64,000 bases of DNA from Candidatus Nanohalarchaeota archaeon (lineage in GTDB: Archaea > Nanohalarchaeota > Nanosalinia > Nanosalinales > Nanosalinaceae): contig JALDAJ010000001.1 of the NCBI GenBank assembly GCA_022729235.1, forward strand, positions 896,001 to 960,000, in the 5' to 3' direction. The notes beneath the pieces are model-generated. The model made no database searches. It worked only from the letters and a program-made list of their open reading frames with translations, and had not been told where the DNA came from. Numbering within the stretch: position 1 is the first letter of the stretch; every line of letters starts with the position of its first letter. The translations under genes and the position numbers were made by a program. This document shows, in pieces, positions 18,854 through 28,390 of this stretch.

Positions 18854-19762
18854 TTATGTTCTGCGCCTAAACCACTCCATGATAGCTCCGGTCACACCCT
18901 GTCTGATGAAGTAGAACATGGAGACGTACATGACTGCCTCTCCCGACATCTGTGAGGCGATGAAGAGCGCGATCGCGATTCCTTTCGAGCCGGAGGCGAA
19001 CCCTAGGGCGCGGGCTTCCGGTTCCATGAATCCTGATACACGGGACAGGAAGTAACCAGCACCGAAAGTGAAAAGGACGAACCCTGCCATCAATGCCGCG
19101 CCAAGTCCGATATTTTGGAGAAAAGCGAGTCCGTGTGTGTTGTATACCAGCCGGAACTGGACGAGCATAACAAGTATTATCAGCCAGAGACCAACTTTGG
19201 AGAAGTGGTGCCTGAGGTCATCAAACAGGACGTTCTCGAACCTCTGGGCGAAAATACCCAGTGCGAGCGGTCCTGCCAGGAAGAGAAGGTTATCAACCGC
19301 GATTTCTGTGACGTCAAGCCCTATATCGAATCCTGTCAGTAGTAAAGGGATTAGCAGGAAAGCGAGTAAAAGAGATGTTCCGCCGACTATCAGCGCAAGC
19401 TCTCCCTTACCCTTGCTCAGGTTGGAGAATACTACAGGCGAGCCCATCGCCGCGGATGAAACACCTATAGCGATGAATGCCTGTCCCAGGGCTCCGCCCA
19501 CCATGTGGTAGACGCCGAACGCGGTTAGCGGGGCGAGGATGAACACAACAGCCCACCCCAGGGCGACCTCTCTCTTGTGGTGCGCACACTTCTTCATGCT
19601 ATCTATGTCCAGGTGAAGTCCTATCAGGAAGAAAAGTACAGATATCAGCGCGGTAAATAGTGCGTTAGACACGATGCTGCCGGAGACGTAGTATGCAACA
19701 GCTCCCGCCACAACTACTATGCCGAGGAACTCAAGATCCAGCTTTATCCCGTGTGTGGGCAT
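18854..19762 (-). CDS. Bile acid:sodium symporter family transporter
   Basis: ~10 TM; LFFLIGL, FSNLSKG and LGFASG motifs. Confidence 0.8.
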   Translation of the reverse strand: MPTHGIKLDLEFLGIVVVAGAVAYYVSGSIVSNALFTALISVLFFLIGLHLDIDSMKKCAHHKREVALGWAVVFILAPLTAFGVYHMVGGALGQAFIAIGVSSAAMGSPVVFSNLSKGKGELALIVGGTSLLLAFLLIPLLLTGFDIGLDVTEIAVDNLLFLAGPLALGIFAQRFENVLFDDLRHHFSKVGLWLIILVMLVQFRLVYNTHGLAFLQNIGLGAALMAGFVLFTFGAGYFLSRVSGFMEPEARALGFASGSKGIAIALFIASQMSGEAVMYVSMFYFIRQGVTGAIMEWFRRRT

Positions 19763-19933
19763 AGAGAATCCTTGCCCTCACCTGTTTATTATAGTTAGCA
19801 GACAGATCAAGGTGATGTCTGTGCAGTCAAAAAACAGGTATTTTAGACAATATATTTGATTTAAAACCTGTAAACCGGTGTATCTTTTCATTTAAATCAA
19901 ACTAATCTTTTTTACCAACTGAAAGGTGATATA

Positions 19934-20290
19934 ATGAATGGAAATTCGGATAAAACACATAGACGCCCGGAAAACCGTGTAAGTGAAATATTTGATGCGC
20001 TTTCATCAGGGACACGTAGACATACACTTGACTACCTTAGAGACTGGGAACAGAGCATTCACAGGGCAGATATAGCACGGCAGATAGAAGACAGGTTGAA
20101 AGAAGATGTTGAAGAAATCAATGTGCGTCTCGGACACGTACACCTCCCGATGCTGGATGACATAGGTGCCGTCGACTATGATAGAGACATGGAAGACGCC
20201 CGATACCAGGGCGACGACCTTATCGAAGAGGCGCTAGACATCGCTCTCCAGCTTGAAGAACAGGTTGGTGACAGGACAGACTATCTTTGA
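19934..20290 (+). CDS. Haloarchaeal-type wHTH protein (DUF7344-like)
   Basis: IFDALS..TRR..L..L and LGHVHLPML..GAVDYD motifs. Confidence 0.8.
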   Translation: MNGNSDKTHRRPENRVSEIFDALSSGTRRHTLDYLRDWEQSIHRADIARQIEDRLKEDVEEINVRLGHVHLPMLDDIGAVDYDRDMEDARYQGDDLIEEALDIALQLEEQVGDRTDYL

Positions 20291-20346
20291 TGTAGCCCTG
20301 CACCAGGAAAACATTAATAAGTGCTACCAAGTAATAACAACATATT

Positions 20347-21603
20347 ATGACTGAAGAACGTACTAGTTCACGGAGACATTTTATGAAAACAGCTGCTGGT
20401 GCAGCAGCACTTCTAGCAGGATGTAATACGTCCGGAGATACAGAGACACAGAGTGAATCAGACGACGTAGATATGGATGGAGTCAACGAGAACCTGGACC
20501 CCCAAGAAGACGGGCAGCATGAAGAACTAGCAGATACTGAAACTGTTGAAGATGCTATCGAGGAATACAGTGAACATGTTTCAGATAACTACGATGGAAT
20601 TGAAGGAAAAGAACTGGTAAGTCTTACTGATACAGGATCCTATAACAGGCAGTCACTGAAAGTAGATGTCAAGCTGGATGAAGTGTTTGATGCAGCAGAC
20701 ATTGACATCGATGAGCTGAACGCCTACGAGATTCTGAAATCGAGAGACATGGATCACTTCGCTGATCACGTGGGATCCACGATTAGAGAGGACTTCATAG
20801 ATCCGCTTCTGGATATTACAGGCGAATATGCGAGCACTGAGCATGATAATGACGAAGGATATGCGTTCTTTTCGCTTAGAATGCACTCCGCTGACGACAC
20901 GGAGTTCGGACTTACGGTTAACGCCGATACCCTTGATGAGGTAAGCAACGAACTGGAACAGGCTGAAAACGAAAACTCGGTGGTAGAAGACCTTGTTCAG
21001 GAACACACGGGCGCCACAGCACCCAAAGAAATGCGTGATGGCAGAATATTCATCCCTGAGGGTATGAGGAGAACAGTGGAAATCAACGGAGCGGAGACTG
21101 AGATATACATTGAGGATGTGACCAGAGACGATAATGGAACCGGATGGGCGTACGTGGATATCAATAATCGAGGGGAAGATGACGATGGTCATATACTTAC
21201 GGCCGAGGGCAGCAACCGTCTCGTTGGATGCAGCTGGCTGGAGAAAGACGAGGTCTCTATCAACCCAGATCCTTACAGCGACGGTGTCTGGTTCGAACTG
21301 GACCAGGACTCTTTAAGCGAGTACCACGGCGAGTGCGCCTGCGACCCCAAGAACGATCATCTGGCGACAGGTCAAGAGGAGACCTATACCGTGGGACACC
21401 AGGAAACGACCGCTGAAGTCGTCGCGGTCGATGAAAGCGATGAGGCGTTAATAAGGATAGACGGCGAACTTGCCTATATCGAGGAGGGAGAAACGTATAA
21501 CACTGATAACGGCTTCAGCTACAGGGCAGAAAATATATTCGACATGGAGCACGAAGAAGGAGTCGTAGAGCTCGCCGTCGCCGAGGACGAGTGCTACGAG
21601 TAA
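20347..21603 (+). CDS. Tat-exported surface lipoprotein
   Basis: SRRHFMK twin-arginine signal, LLAGC lipobox, very acidic. Confidence 0.75.
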   Translation: MTEERTSSRRHFMKTAAGAAALLAGCNTSGDTETQSESDDVDMDGVNENLDPQEDGQHEELADTETVEDAIEEYSEHVSDNYDGIEGKELVSLTDTGSYNRQSLKVDVKLDEVFDAADIDIDELNAYEILKSRDMDHFADHVGSTIREDFIDPLLDITGEYASTEHDNDEGYAFFSLRMHSADDTEFGLTVNADTLDEVSNELEQAENENSVVEDLVQEHTGATAPKEMRDGRIFIPEGMRRTVEINGAETEIYIEDVTRDDNGTGWAYVDINNRGEDDDGHILTAEGSNRLVGCSWLEKDEVSINPDPYSDGVWFELDQDSLSEYHGECACDPKNDHLATGQEETYTVGHQETTAEVVAVDESDEALIRIDGELAYIEEGETYNTDNGFSYRAENIFDMEHEEGVVELAVAEDECYE

Positions 21604-21616
21604 ATCTCTCTCGTTC

Positions 21617-22459
21617 TTAGTCCCTCAACTCTCTTATCTTCTCTATATTCTCTTTATAGCTCTTCCCGTCGCTTGTAGGCGTTTCAAGCATCATGGGTAG
21701 GTCTTCAAACTGTTCCGCGTTGATAACGTTCCTGAACCCTTTTTCTCCTATATTACCTTCTCCGATATGTTCGTGGTTGTCTTTTTCACTGCCCTTTTCA
21801 TCCTTTGAATCGTTGAGGTGCAGGACCTTCACCCGTTCAAGTCCGATGTCCTCCTCGATTTCCTGCAACATGTCCCGGAAACCTTTCTCCTCCCTGAGTT
21901 CATAACCGGCGGCGTGGGCGTGGCAGGTGTCGATGCAGACACCGATTTTTTCATCCGGTGTGTCCGCGGAGTCTATCATCTCCCGTAGTTCTCCGAACGT
22001 TTTTCCGAGCGTTGTACCCTTTCCGGCAGTGTTCTCAAGCAGAAGCGTGACGCTTTCCGGGATGTCAAGGGAGTCGATACCTTCCGCGATACGTTCGATA
22101 CCGTTTTCGCGACCACTCCCCGTGTGTGCGCCAGGGTGGAAAACAATGTATTTGACGCCAAGTTTTTCAGCAGCGTCCAGTTCGTCCTGGAGGCAGTTAA
22201 CTGACTTCTCGAACAGGTCGTCTTTCGGTGTTGCCAGGTTGACGAGGTATGTCGAGTGGATTACATATGGCTTCTGATCATTATCCGCCATGAGTTCCTG
22301 GAAATTTTCGCCTTCTTCATCGCTGTATTCCGCGACTTTCCAGCCCCGCGGACTCCCTGCGAATATCTGTCCGCAGTTACCGCCGACTTCTTTCTGTCTT
22401 TCGATTGCTTTTTCAACTCCACCAGAAACCGAAACGTGTGCACCTACTCTGAAAGTCAT
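21617..22459 (-). CDS. nfo: Endonuclease IV
   Basis: GAHVS, HSTYLVNLA, FHPG, ENTAG, DTCH, HLNDS and HEHIGEG motifs. Confidence 0.96.
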   Translation of the reverse strand: MTFRVGAHVSVSGGVEKAIERQKEVGGNCGQIFAGSPRGWKVAEYSDEEGENFQELMADNDQKPYVIHSTYLVNLATPKDDLFEKSVNCLQDELDAAEKLGVKYIVFHPGAHTGSGRENGIERIAEGIDSLDIPESVTLLLENTAGKGTTLGKTFGELREMIDSADTPDEKIGVCIDTCHAHAAGYELREEKGFRDMLQEIEEDIGLERVKVLHLNDSKDEKGSEKDNHEHIGEGNIGEKGFRNVINAEQFEDLPMMLETPTSDGKSYKENIEKIRELRD

Positions 22460-22596
22460 GGAACTGTTTTGGACAGGAGCTTCAAAAACTGTTTTGGTGA
22501 CCTACTTCTCGACTATATCTCCCCTGATATTCTCGTCAATGTCTGTAGTTCAGGGGAATCGAAAGAAATTAAATTTCTGCCTGAATTTCCTAGTTT

Positions 22597-23511
22597 ATGG
22601 TTTTGATATCTGATTTTATTTTATTTGCTATTTTAGCTTCTGTTTTCTGGGCTGTTTCACTTGTAATTAAAAAAGACGTTATATCTAACAGAATCGATAG
22701 TTCAGTAACAGTTGCCTTAATCGCCGGTGTAACCAGTTTTCTCGTCTCTCTTTCGCTGCTTTTAACCGGTAATATAGCGTTTCCAAGTCTCTACTTGTTT
22801 GGAGTTCTAGTATTCAGTGGCGTACTATATATGGGAGGTGTACTTGGATTGTTTGAGGCTATGAAAATAGGAGAGGTTTCACGTCTTTCTTCCATGACAA
22901 AACTTTCCTCCGTTTTTACCCTTGTTCTCGCCACAATTTTTCTGAACGAATACTTTACTCTTCAGAAATATGCAGGCATCACGATGATTATCGGAGGTGC
23001 CGTGATGGTATCTTCAGAGGATTTTGGCCGTGAGTTCTTTGATTTGAAGGCTAATCGTGCTTTCTGGACGATGTTTGTCTCCATGTTTTCTATCGGAGCC
23101 AGCTGGGTTGTCATGAAGTATGCTACTGAACTATCCAGTTACTGGAACGTGTTTTTCTGGTCCCGGCTCGGTGTTGCCATGACTGCGCTATTAGTGCTTT
23201 TGTATCCTCCTGTACGTTCACCGGTCTTTGGAGTTATCAGAAATTTCCGGGTTAAGAGACCTGACTTCATAGCAGTAGCCGAGGTTGCGAACACGTCAGG
23301 AGTCTTCCTGAACACTTTGGCATTAAGCCTAGGACCTGTTTCTCTAGTAGCGGCTGCATCTTCTACAACACCGCTGTTTGTATTATCAATTGTCATACTT
23401 CTGACTTTGATTAAGAAAAAAAGTTTCAGGGATGACATAGGTAGGAAACCGTTTCTGATGAAGATTTCTGCTGCTACCATGGTAGTTATCGGTATTTATC
23501 TGATAAGCTAA
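22597..23511 (+). CDS. EamA/DMT family transporter
   Basis: Two 5-TM repeats; AMKIGEVS and ALSLGPVSLV. Confidence 0.85.
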   Translation: MVLISDFILFAILASVFWAVSLVIKKDVISNRIDSSVTVALIAGVTSFLVSLSLLLTGNIAFPSLYLFGVLVFSGVLYMGGVLGLFEAMKIGEVSRLSSMTKLSSVFTLVLATIFLNEYFTLQKYAGITMIIGGAVMVSSEDFGREFFDLKANRAFWTMFVSMFSIGASWVVMKYATELSSYWNVFFWSRLGVAMTALLVLLYPPVRSPVFGVIRNFRVKRPDFIAVAEVANTSGVFLNTLALSLGPVSLVAAASSTTPLFVLSIVILLTLIKKKSFRDDIGRKPFLMKISAATMVVIGIYLIS

Positions 23512-23542
23512 TAACGCAGGGGAAAAAATAAGGGGGTGATAG

Positions 23543-23698
23543 TTAATGAGTGTCCTCGATGCCCTGACGGATCTCGTCTTCTTCCAGCTCCATTTCGTGT
23601 TCTTCGCGGGCATGGCTCTGTACTATGTCAACGAGTTCGTTTTCTCTATCAGCCACAGGTTCCGCACCGCACACAGGGCAGGTGAATGCTACTGCCAT
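23543..23698 (-). CDS. DUF1059-like small metal-binding protein (51 aa), not in the ORF track
   Basis: MAVAFTCPVCG...ELVDIVQSHAREEH; SD GAGGTG upstream. Confidence 0.8.
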   Translation of the reverse strand: MAVAFTCPVCGAEPVADRENELVDIVQSHAREEHEMELEEDEIRQGIEDTH

Positions 23699-23765
23699 TT
23701 TCAACACCTCTCACTGTAGAGTCAAGCTCGTTTAAAATAAGCACTGCTATAGAGGACTGTATCAT

Positions 23766-24326
23766 TCACGTGTCGTGGTCCTGGTAAGGCTCCCCATACT
23801 TGTCGCTGAGCAGGTTGACCGCTGCCTTTGTTCCGTCTCCCATCGCGAACGCGGTCTGATAAACCCAGTAACGGATCAGTCCTGCAGCGTAGAGACCGCC
23901 CATGACCTTGTTGTCCTCATCTGTGACGATGTGCCTGTCCATCCAGTACGGACCTTCCTTACTCTCTTCAAACTCCACGTCAAGAGGCTTAAGGTAGTCA
24001 GTCATACCCGCACTTGCCAGGACAACGTACTCAGCCTCATATTCATTTTCTTCAGCAGTCACTAGAAAGCCGTTATCCGTCTTCTCCAGTTTCTCGACCT
24101 TTTCCTCACGGAACTCGCCATTGAAATCCTCCAGTTTTTCTCTTCCGTTCCTGAGAAGCTCCTGTCCAGCGATATAGTCATGACCGACCAGGTTCTGGAT
24201 GTTGGAAGTGTTGTAGACCAGACTCTCATCGGAGTCAAGAACAAGTGTGTCCTCGCCGGCTTTTGCAGTGTAGACAGCAGCCTGTAACCCGGCGATACCG
24301 CCACCGATAACGACTACATCTTTCAT
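23766..24326 (-). CDS. Short NAD(P)/FAD-dependent oxidoreductase (TrxB-like)
   Basis: VVIGGGIAG, VLASG and GLYAAG motifs. Confidence 0.88.
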   Translation of the reverse strand: MKDVVVIGGGIAGLQAAVYTAKAGEDTLVLDSDESLVYNTSNIQNLVGHDYIAGQELLRNGREKLEDFNGEFREEKVEKLEKTDNGFLVTAEENEYEAEYVVLASAGMTDYLKPLDVEFEESKEGPYWMDRHIVTDEDNKVMGGLYAAGLIRYWVYQTAFAMGDGTKAAVNLLSDKYGEPYQDHDT

Positions 24327-24374
24327 ACAAAGTAATAGAGATAGAAAAAATAAGAAATGAAGGGCTGTATAGCC

Positions 24375-24977
24375 CTAATGTATTTCGACTATGTCCTGGT
24401 AGCGCTCCTGTACGCTTGACCAGTCGACTACGTCGAAGAAGTTGTCGATGAAGTCTCCGCGGTCAGGTCCGTAGTCGTGGTAGTAGCTGTGCTCCCAGAC
24501 GTCGAGCGCGAGTACCGGGTGTGCGCCCCAGACTGCTCCCTGGTCGTGCTTGTCGACGACCACGTTGTGCAGCTCGTCGCTGTACGGTATGTAGACGAGT
24601 AGCGCCCAGCCTCCTGCAGCCTTCGCAGCTTCTACAAACTCCTGTTTCCAGTTCTCGTAGGAGCCGAACTCTTCCTCGATACGTTCCCTGAGCTCGCCTT
24701 CAGGCTCTCCTCCACCACTTGCGGACATGGAGTTCCAGAACACGTCGTGCAGGATGTTCCCACAGAAGTTGTGCGTGAAACTTCTCAGGATAGAGCCGGT
24801 CCCGGAGAAGTCGCCTGACTCCCGCTGGTTTTCCAGGTCTTCCTCCGCCTGGTTCCACCCGTTGACGTACCCCTGGTGGTGTGTCTTGTGGTGCCAGTTT
24901 ACTACCTGTTCGGATATCGCAGGTTCGAGAGCGTCTTCATCGTATGGAAGTTCTATAAGTCTTTGTTGTTCTGTCAT
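24375..24977 (-). CDS. sod: Fe/Mn superoxide dismutase
   Basis: HHKTHHQGYV, LHDVFW and DVWEHSYY motifs. Confidence 0.97.
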   Translation of the reverse strand: MTEQQRLIELPYDEDALEPAISEQVVNWHHKTHHQGYVNGWNQAEEDLENQRESGDFSGTGSILRSFTHNFCGNILHDVFWNSMSASGGGEPEGELRERIEEEFGSYENWKQEFVEAAKAAGGWALLVYIPYSDELHNVVVDKHDQGAVWGAHPVLALDVWEHSYYHDYGPDRGDFIDNFFDVVDWSSVQERYQDIVEIH

Positions 24978-25095
24978 TGTAGAATTCACCTTAAAATGTA
25001 ATGCGGGAGCTACGTTAAACTGTTTTTGGAGTCTTCTCTGGATAGAAATAAAAATAGAAAGAAATGTGGTGGTAAACCCTTAAGGAGGCTCAGGT

Positions 25096-25776
25096 TTACT
25101 CTTCTTCGGTTTCTTCCTCAGTTTGCTCTCCGAGTTCCTCTTCCAGTTCTTCTTCATCTATCTCTGGCTGCTGCATCCCCTGTTCCTGCATCATTTCCAT
25201 CTGCTGGATAGCCTGGTCAATATTCTCTCCCTGAGGGAATAGGATTTCTCCATCCGGTGAAACGTACATCTCTACGGTCTGGGTATCTATCTCTCCTTCC
25301 ATCGTCTGTCCCTCCATCGATATCTCTGCCAGCCACATACCGTTTCTCTCGGTAACTGCCTCTACCTGTACATCTTCAAGCTGATCCATTCCTGAAGCAG
25401 CATCCGCATACGCCTGTACTGATTCCTCTACATCACCGGGCGCCACCTCCGTATCCACACCATCTAATCCTGGAACGGACACGAAACTGGCGGCTACAAG
25501 ACCTGCAACAAGTCCTAGAACTAGACCTCCAACGAGGGCAGAACTAGGTGAGATCGAGCTGAGAAACATTTCGTCGACAGCTTCTTCTGCTCCTTCTTCC
25601 TTCATCTCTTCCTCAAGCCTTTTCTCGAGCCACTGCCTGACCGTTTTCCTATTCTTTCCTTCTGCTTCTGCCTCTAGAAGCCTCTCATAATCAGGATCTT
25701 CCAGCTCAAGGATCTCGTTTTTAGCCTCCTCTACAGTACCACTGAGAATGTCCTCGTAACTATCGTTATCAGCCAT
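25096..25776 (-). CDS. Single-pass membrane protein
   Basis: Central TM helix; N-terminal EAEAEGKNRKTV and C-terminal YVSPDG.ILF motifs. Confidence 0.7.
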   Translation of the reverse strand: MADNDSYEDILSGTVEEAKNEILELEDPDYERLLEAEAEGKNRKTVRQWLEKRLEEEMKEEGAEEAVDEMFLSSISPSSALVGGLVLGLVAGLVAASFVSVPGLDGVDTEVAPGDVEESVQAYADAASGMDQLEDVQVEAVTERNGMWLAEISMEGQTMEGEIDTQTVEMYVSPDGEILFPQGENIDQAIQQMEMMQEQGMQQPEIDEEELEEELGEQTEEETEEE

Positions 25777-25854
25777 GTTTCTACTTACTAGAAAGAATCT
25801 TTTAAAAACACCTGTGGACACACATGAGAAGAGACACTGAACGGAAAGGAGAGT

Positions 25855-25873
25855 TGGGGTGGGAGGGATTTGA
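25855..25873 (-). repeat. 19-bp duplicate of the tRNA-Trp 3' end
   Basis: tggggtgggagggatttga is identical at 25855-25873 and 25928-25946. Confidence 0.9.
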
Positions 25874-25927
25874 GTCGAAGAAACAAGTTCTTCTCAATCA
25901 AATCGCTCCTGGAGCATATCTCTGATA

Positions 25928-26103
25928 TGGGGTGGGAGGGATTTGAACCCGCAACCTTCCGCTAGCTCCTGCAAGTTTTAATCATCGGAATCGAAGGCAA
26001 GCCTTCTCAAACCGACACGTCAGACGAGTCGGTGTTCCTCATACCTCCAAAGTTGGAAAACTGCTCTGGAGGCGGACGCTCTCCCAAGTTGAGCTACCAC
26101 CCC
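25928..26103 (-). tRNA. tRNA-Trp(CCA) with 102-nt intron at 37/38 (intron 25964-26065)
   Basis: Acceptor GGGGTGG/CCACCCC, anticodon stem TCCGC/GCGGA, CTCC/GGAG central BHB helix, GGTTCAAATCC T-arm. Confidence 0.93.
25979..26052 (-). ncRNA. Intron-encoded box C/D guide motif predicted to target Cm34 of tRNA-Trp
   Basis: Guide CTTTGGAGG complementary to tRNA 31-39, then T and D-type box ATGA; C-type box ATGATTA; closing stem GGAA/TTCC; the N+5 rule gives C34. Confidence 0.7.
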
Positions 26104-26149
26104 TTTTAGTGGCTCTTAACAAGACGGGGTGCGGCAAGAGTTTAAAATG

Positions 26150-26440
26150 CTATCCTATCAGCGACAGCCTTGCCGCGGTTAATGAGGCGAAAAGCACCAC
26201 CATGAGCAGAGAGGTTACGGAGATAACATCAAGAAACCGTGTCCAGTCATCCTCCAGTTCTTTCGCCAGTCCTGCAGAAACAAACGCTATTGACGATAGA
26301 ACAGCCAGACCCATCATAGTGCCAGCAAAATTTACAGAGACCAGTAAAGATGCACCTGTCAGGAATGCGAATCCGTAGAATAGCGGTCGGGAAATCTCGA
26401 CAAGCATTTCCTGGCTTACATCAAGCTGGTCTTCTAACAT
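26150..26440 (-). CDS. Small membrane protein
   Basis: 3 TM helices from MLEDQ. Confidence 0.65.
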   Translation of the reverse strand: MLEDQLDVSQEMLVEISRPLFYGFAFLTGASLLVSVNFAGTMMGLAVLSSIAFVSAGLAKELEDDWTRFLDVISVTSLLMVVLFASLTAARLSLIG

Positions 26441-26514
26441 GTTAGAGCCTTTGTAGCGCTCGTATTTAAAGAACAAGGTGGTTTTGTAACATTTCACATC
26501 TATGACGATAACAC

Positions 26515-27474
26515 GTGATAAAGGAGAAAGACGGGATACATCTAGAACTTGGTGAAAAAGTTGTCGCGGACAGCCGTAAAGCTGTTGGAGATATCAACAT
26601 AGTTTCTCACGCCCACTTCGACCACCTGCATCGAGGAGAGACAGAAGTGGTTTGCTCCGCGGAGACAGCGGGCATCGGCTCGGTGCGTTCAGGGAAGGAG
26701 ATAGAGTTTTCCGAAGATCACAACTCCGTTGAACTCCTGCCCTCTGGACACATAATCGGTTCCCGCGCCGCTCTTATAGAGGACGATAAAAGCATACTTT
26801 ACACCGGTGACGTTTCAACCCGTGACAGGTTCTATCTGGAAGGCTTTGAACCCGTGAACGCTGATATTCTCGTGGTGGAGACGACTTACGGCGTTCCCGC
26901 GTACAGTTTTCCTTCACAGGAAGAAATTATAGACGAGATAACAGGATGGGTACAGGACAATGAAAAACCTTTGCTACTGTTCGGATATTCGCTCGGTAAG
27001 GCGCAGAAGATACAGCATCACGTTCAGGAAGCAACCGACAGACCATTACTTGCTCACGGATCAGTAATAGAGATGAACCATGCAGTCGAGAAGTCAACTG
27101 ATCTCGAGTTCCGCGCGAAACCTTACGAGGGAAATAAGGACCTGTTCAAGGAAGAAGGTATACTGGTAGCTCCCCCGGGAAGCAGAAAAGCTGAGTGGGT
27201 GAAGCGGCTTGAGAATAAAAAGGAGGTATTAACCGCCGGTTTCTCGGGCTGGGCGGTCAACAACTCCATGGGCTACAGCCGGTACGACCGCGCGTTCCCG
27301 CTCAGCGACCACTGTGGGTTCGACGAACTTGTGGAGCTCGTGGAGAAGGTCGACCCGGAGCGAGTTTATACTCACCACGGGTTTGATGAAGCGTTCGCCA
27401 GCTACCTGAGAAAAGAACTGGGCATTCACGCGCGGGCGCTGAAGAAGAACCAGGCGACGCTGGAAGAGTTCTAA
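26515..27474 (+). CDS. MBL-fold beta-CASP nuclease
   Basis: SHAHFDH, GHIIGS, YTGD, ETTYG, YSLGKAQ, LSDH and THHG motifs. Confidence 0.92.
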   Translation: MIKEKDGIHLELGEKVVADSRKAVGDINIVSHAHFDHLHRGETEVVCSAETAGIGSVRSGKEIEFSEDHNSVELLPSGHIIGSRAALIEDDKSILYTGDVSTRDRFYLEGFEPVNADILVVETTYGVPAYSFPSQEEIIDEITGWVQDNEKPLLLFGYSLGKAQKIQHHVQEATDRPLLAHGSVIEMNHAVEKSTDLEFRAKPYEGNKDLFKEEGILVAPPGSRKAEWVKRLENKKEVLTAGFSGWAVNNSMGYSRYDRAFPLSDHCGFDELVELVEKVDPERVYTHHGFDEAFASYLRKELGIHARALKKNQATLEEF

Positions 27475-27526
27475 AAATAGGTTCAATTCATCTACAGGAG
27501 TTAATTTTATACCTCTAAACAGAACT

Positions 27527-27841
27527 ATGCAGTATATGAGATTATCCAAAGAAGAAATCTTTGAACGTCTAGATGATGAAAGACCTGAACTTGAAGAGTT
27601 AGGCGTGGAAAAATTGGGAGTTTTCGGCTCTCAAGTAAGAGGAAACGCTGATGAAGAAAGCGACATTGATTTCCTAGTAATTTTCAAGGAGGAAGAAAAA
27701 ACGTACAGTAATTACATGGACTTGAAACGCTTCCTTGAGAACCTGTTTGATACAGAAATTGATCTCGCAACCCGTGAATCTCTCAAGCCGTCCATAGAAT
27801 CACGGGTACTTAACGAGGTAGAATATGCCAAGAAAGCATGA
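27527..27841 (+). CDS. MNT nucleotidyltransferase antitoxin
   Basis: FGSQVRG..SDIDFLV motif. Confidence 0.92.
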   Translation: MQYMRLSKEEIFERLDDERPELEELGVEKLGVFGSQVRGNADEESDIDFLVIFKEEEKTYSNYMDLKRFLENLFDTEIDLATRESLKPSIESRVLNEVEYAKKA

Positions 27842-28163
27842 AGCCTATCTCGAGGATATTCTGGAATGTATAAAACGAGTTGAAAAGTATACCGAAGGAG
27901 CGGATTATGAAGAATTTTCCAATGATGAAAAGACAGTTGACGCAGTTCTGAAAAATCTTGAAAATATAGGAGAAGCCGTGAAAAACCTCCCGGAAGAGGT
28001 CAAAAACGAGCGTTCAGATCTAGAATGGAGTGATATTGCCGGTTTTCGAGACTTTATCACTCATCAATACTTCAGAGCTGATAAAGAAATAACTTGGGAC
28101 ATTGTCCAGAACGAGGTTCCCATCCTTAAACAGGCTGTCAGAGAGATCCAGAAGAACCAATAA
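27825..28163 (+). CDS. HEPN/DUF86 (HepT-like) RNase toxin
   Basis: LENIGEAVK and RDFITHQY (Rx4HxY); overlaps the MNT gene. Confidence 0.92.
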   Translation: MPRKHEAYLEDILECIKRVEKYTEGADYEEFSNDEKTVDAVLKNLENIGEAVKNLPEEVKNERSDLEWSDIAGFRDFITHQYFRADKEITWDIVQNEVPILKQAVREIQKNQ

Positions 28164-28165
28164 CA

Positions 28166-28386
28166 TTACTCGATGTCATCTCCACTAAGTTTTGACTCGA
28201 TACTCTCAATTACCTGCGACTGTTCCTCAAGACGTTCCTCCACAACTTTTCTCGTACAATCAAAGTGGAACTTCTCAAGATTGTTTCTCAACCTTTCTTT
28301 TTCTGTTTCCCTGAACCAGTCGAGTGATTCCTGGCAAACTCTTCCCTCAGTCTTAACTTCAGTTCTTCAAGCTCGTTTTCTTCCAT
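28166..28386 (-). pseudogene. Small acidic ORF interrupted by a 1-nt frameshift
   Basis: MEENELEELKLRLREEFA continues in the -1 frame as QESLDWFRETEKERLRNNLEK...DDIE*; span 221 nt. Confidence 0.5.
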
Positions 28387-28390
28387 CTTA

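Noticed and set aside
25855-26103. Integrated provirus or genomic island at tRNA-Trp
   Set aside because: The att-like repeats are only 73 bp apart and no integrase or viral genes are present
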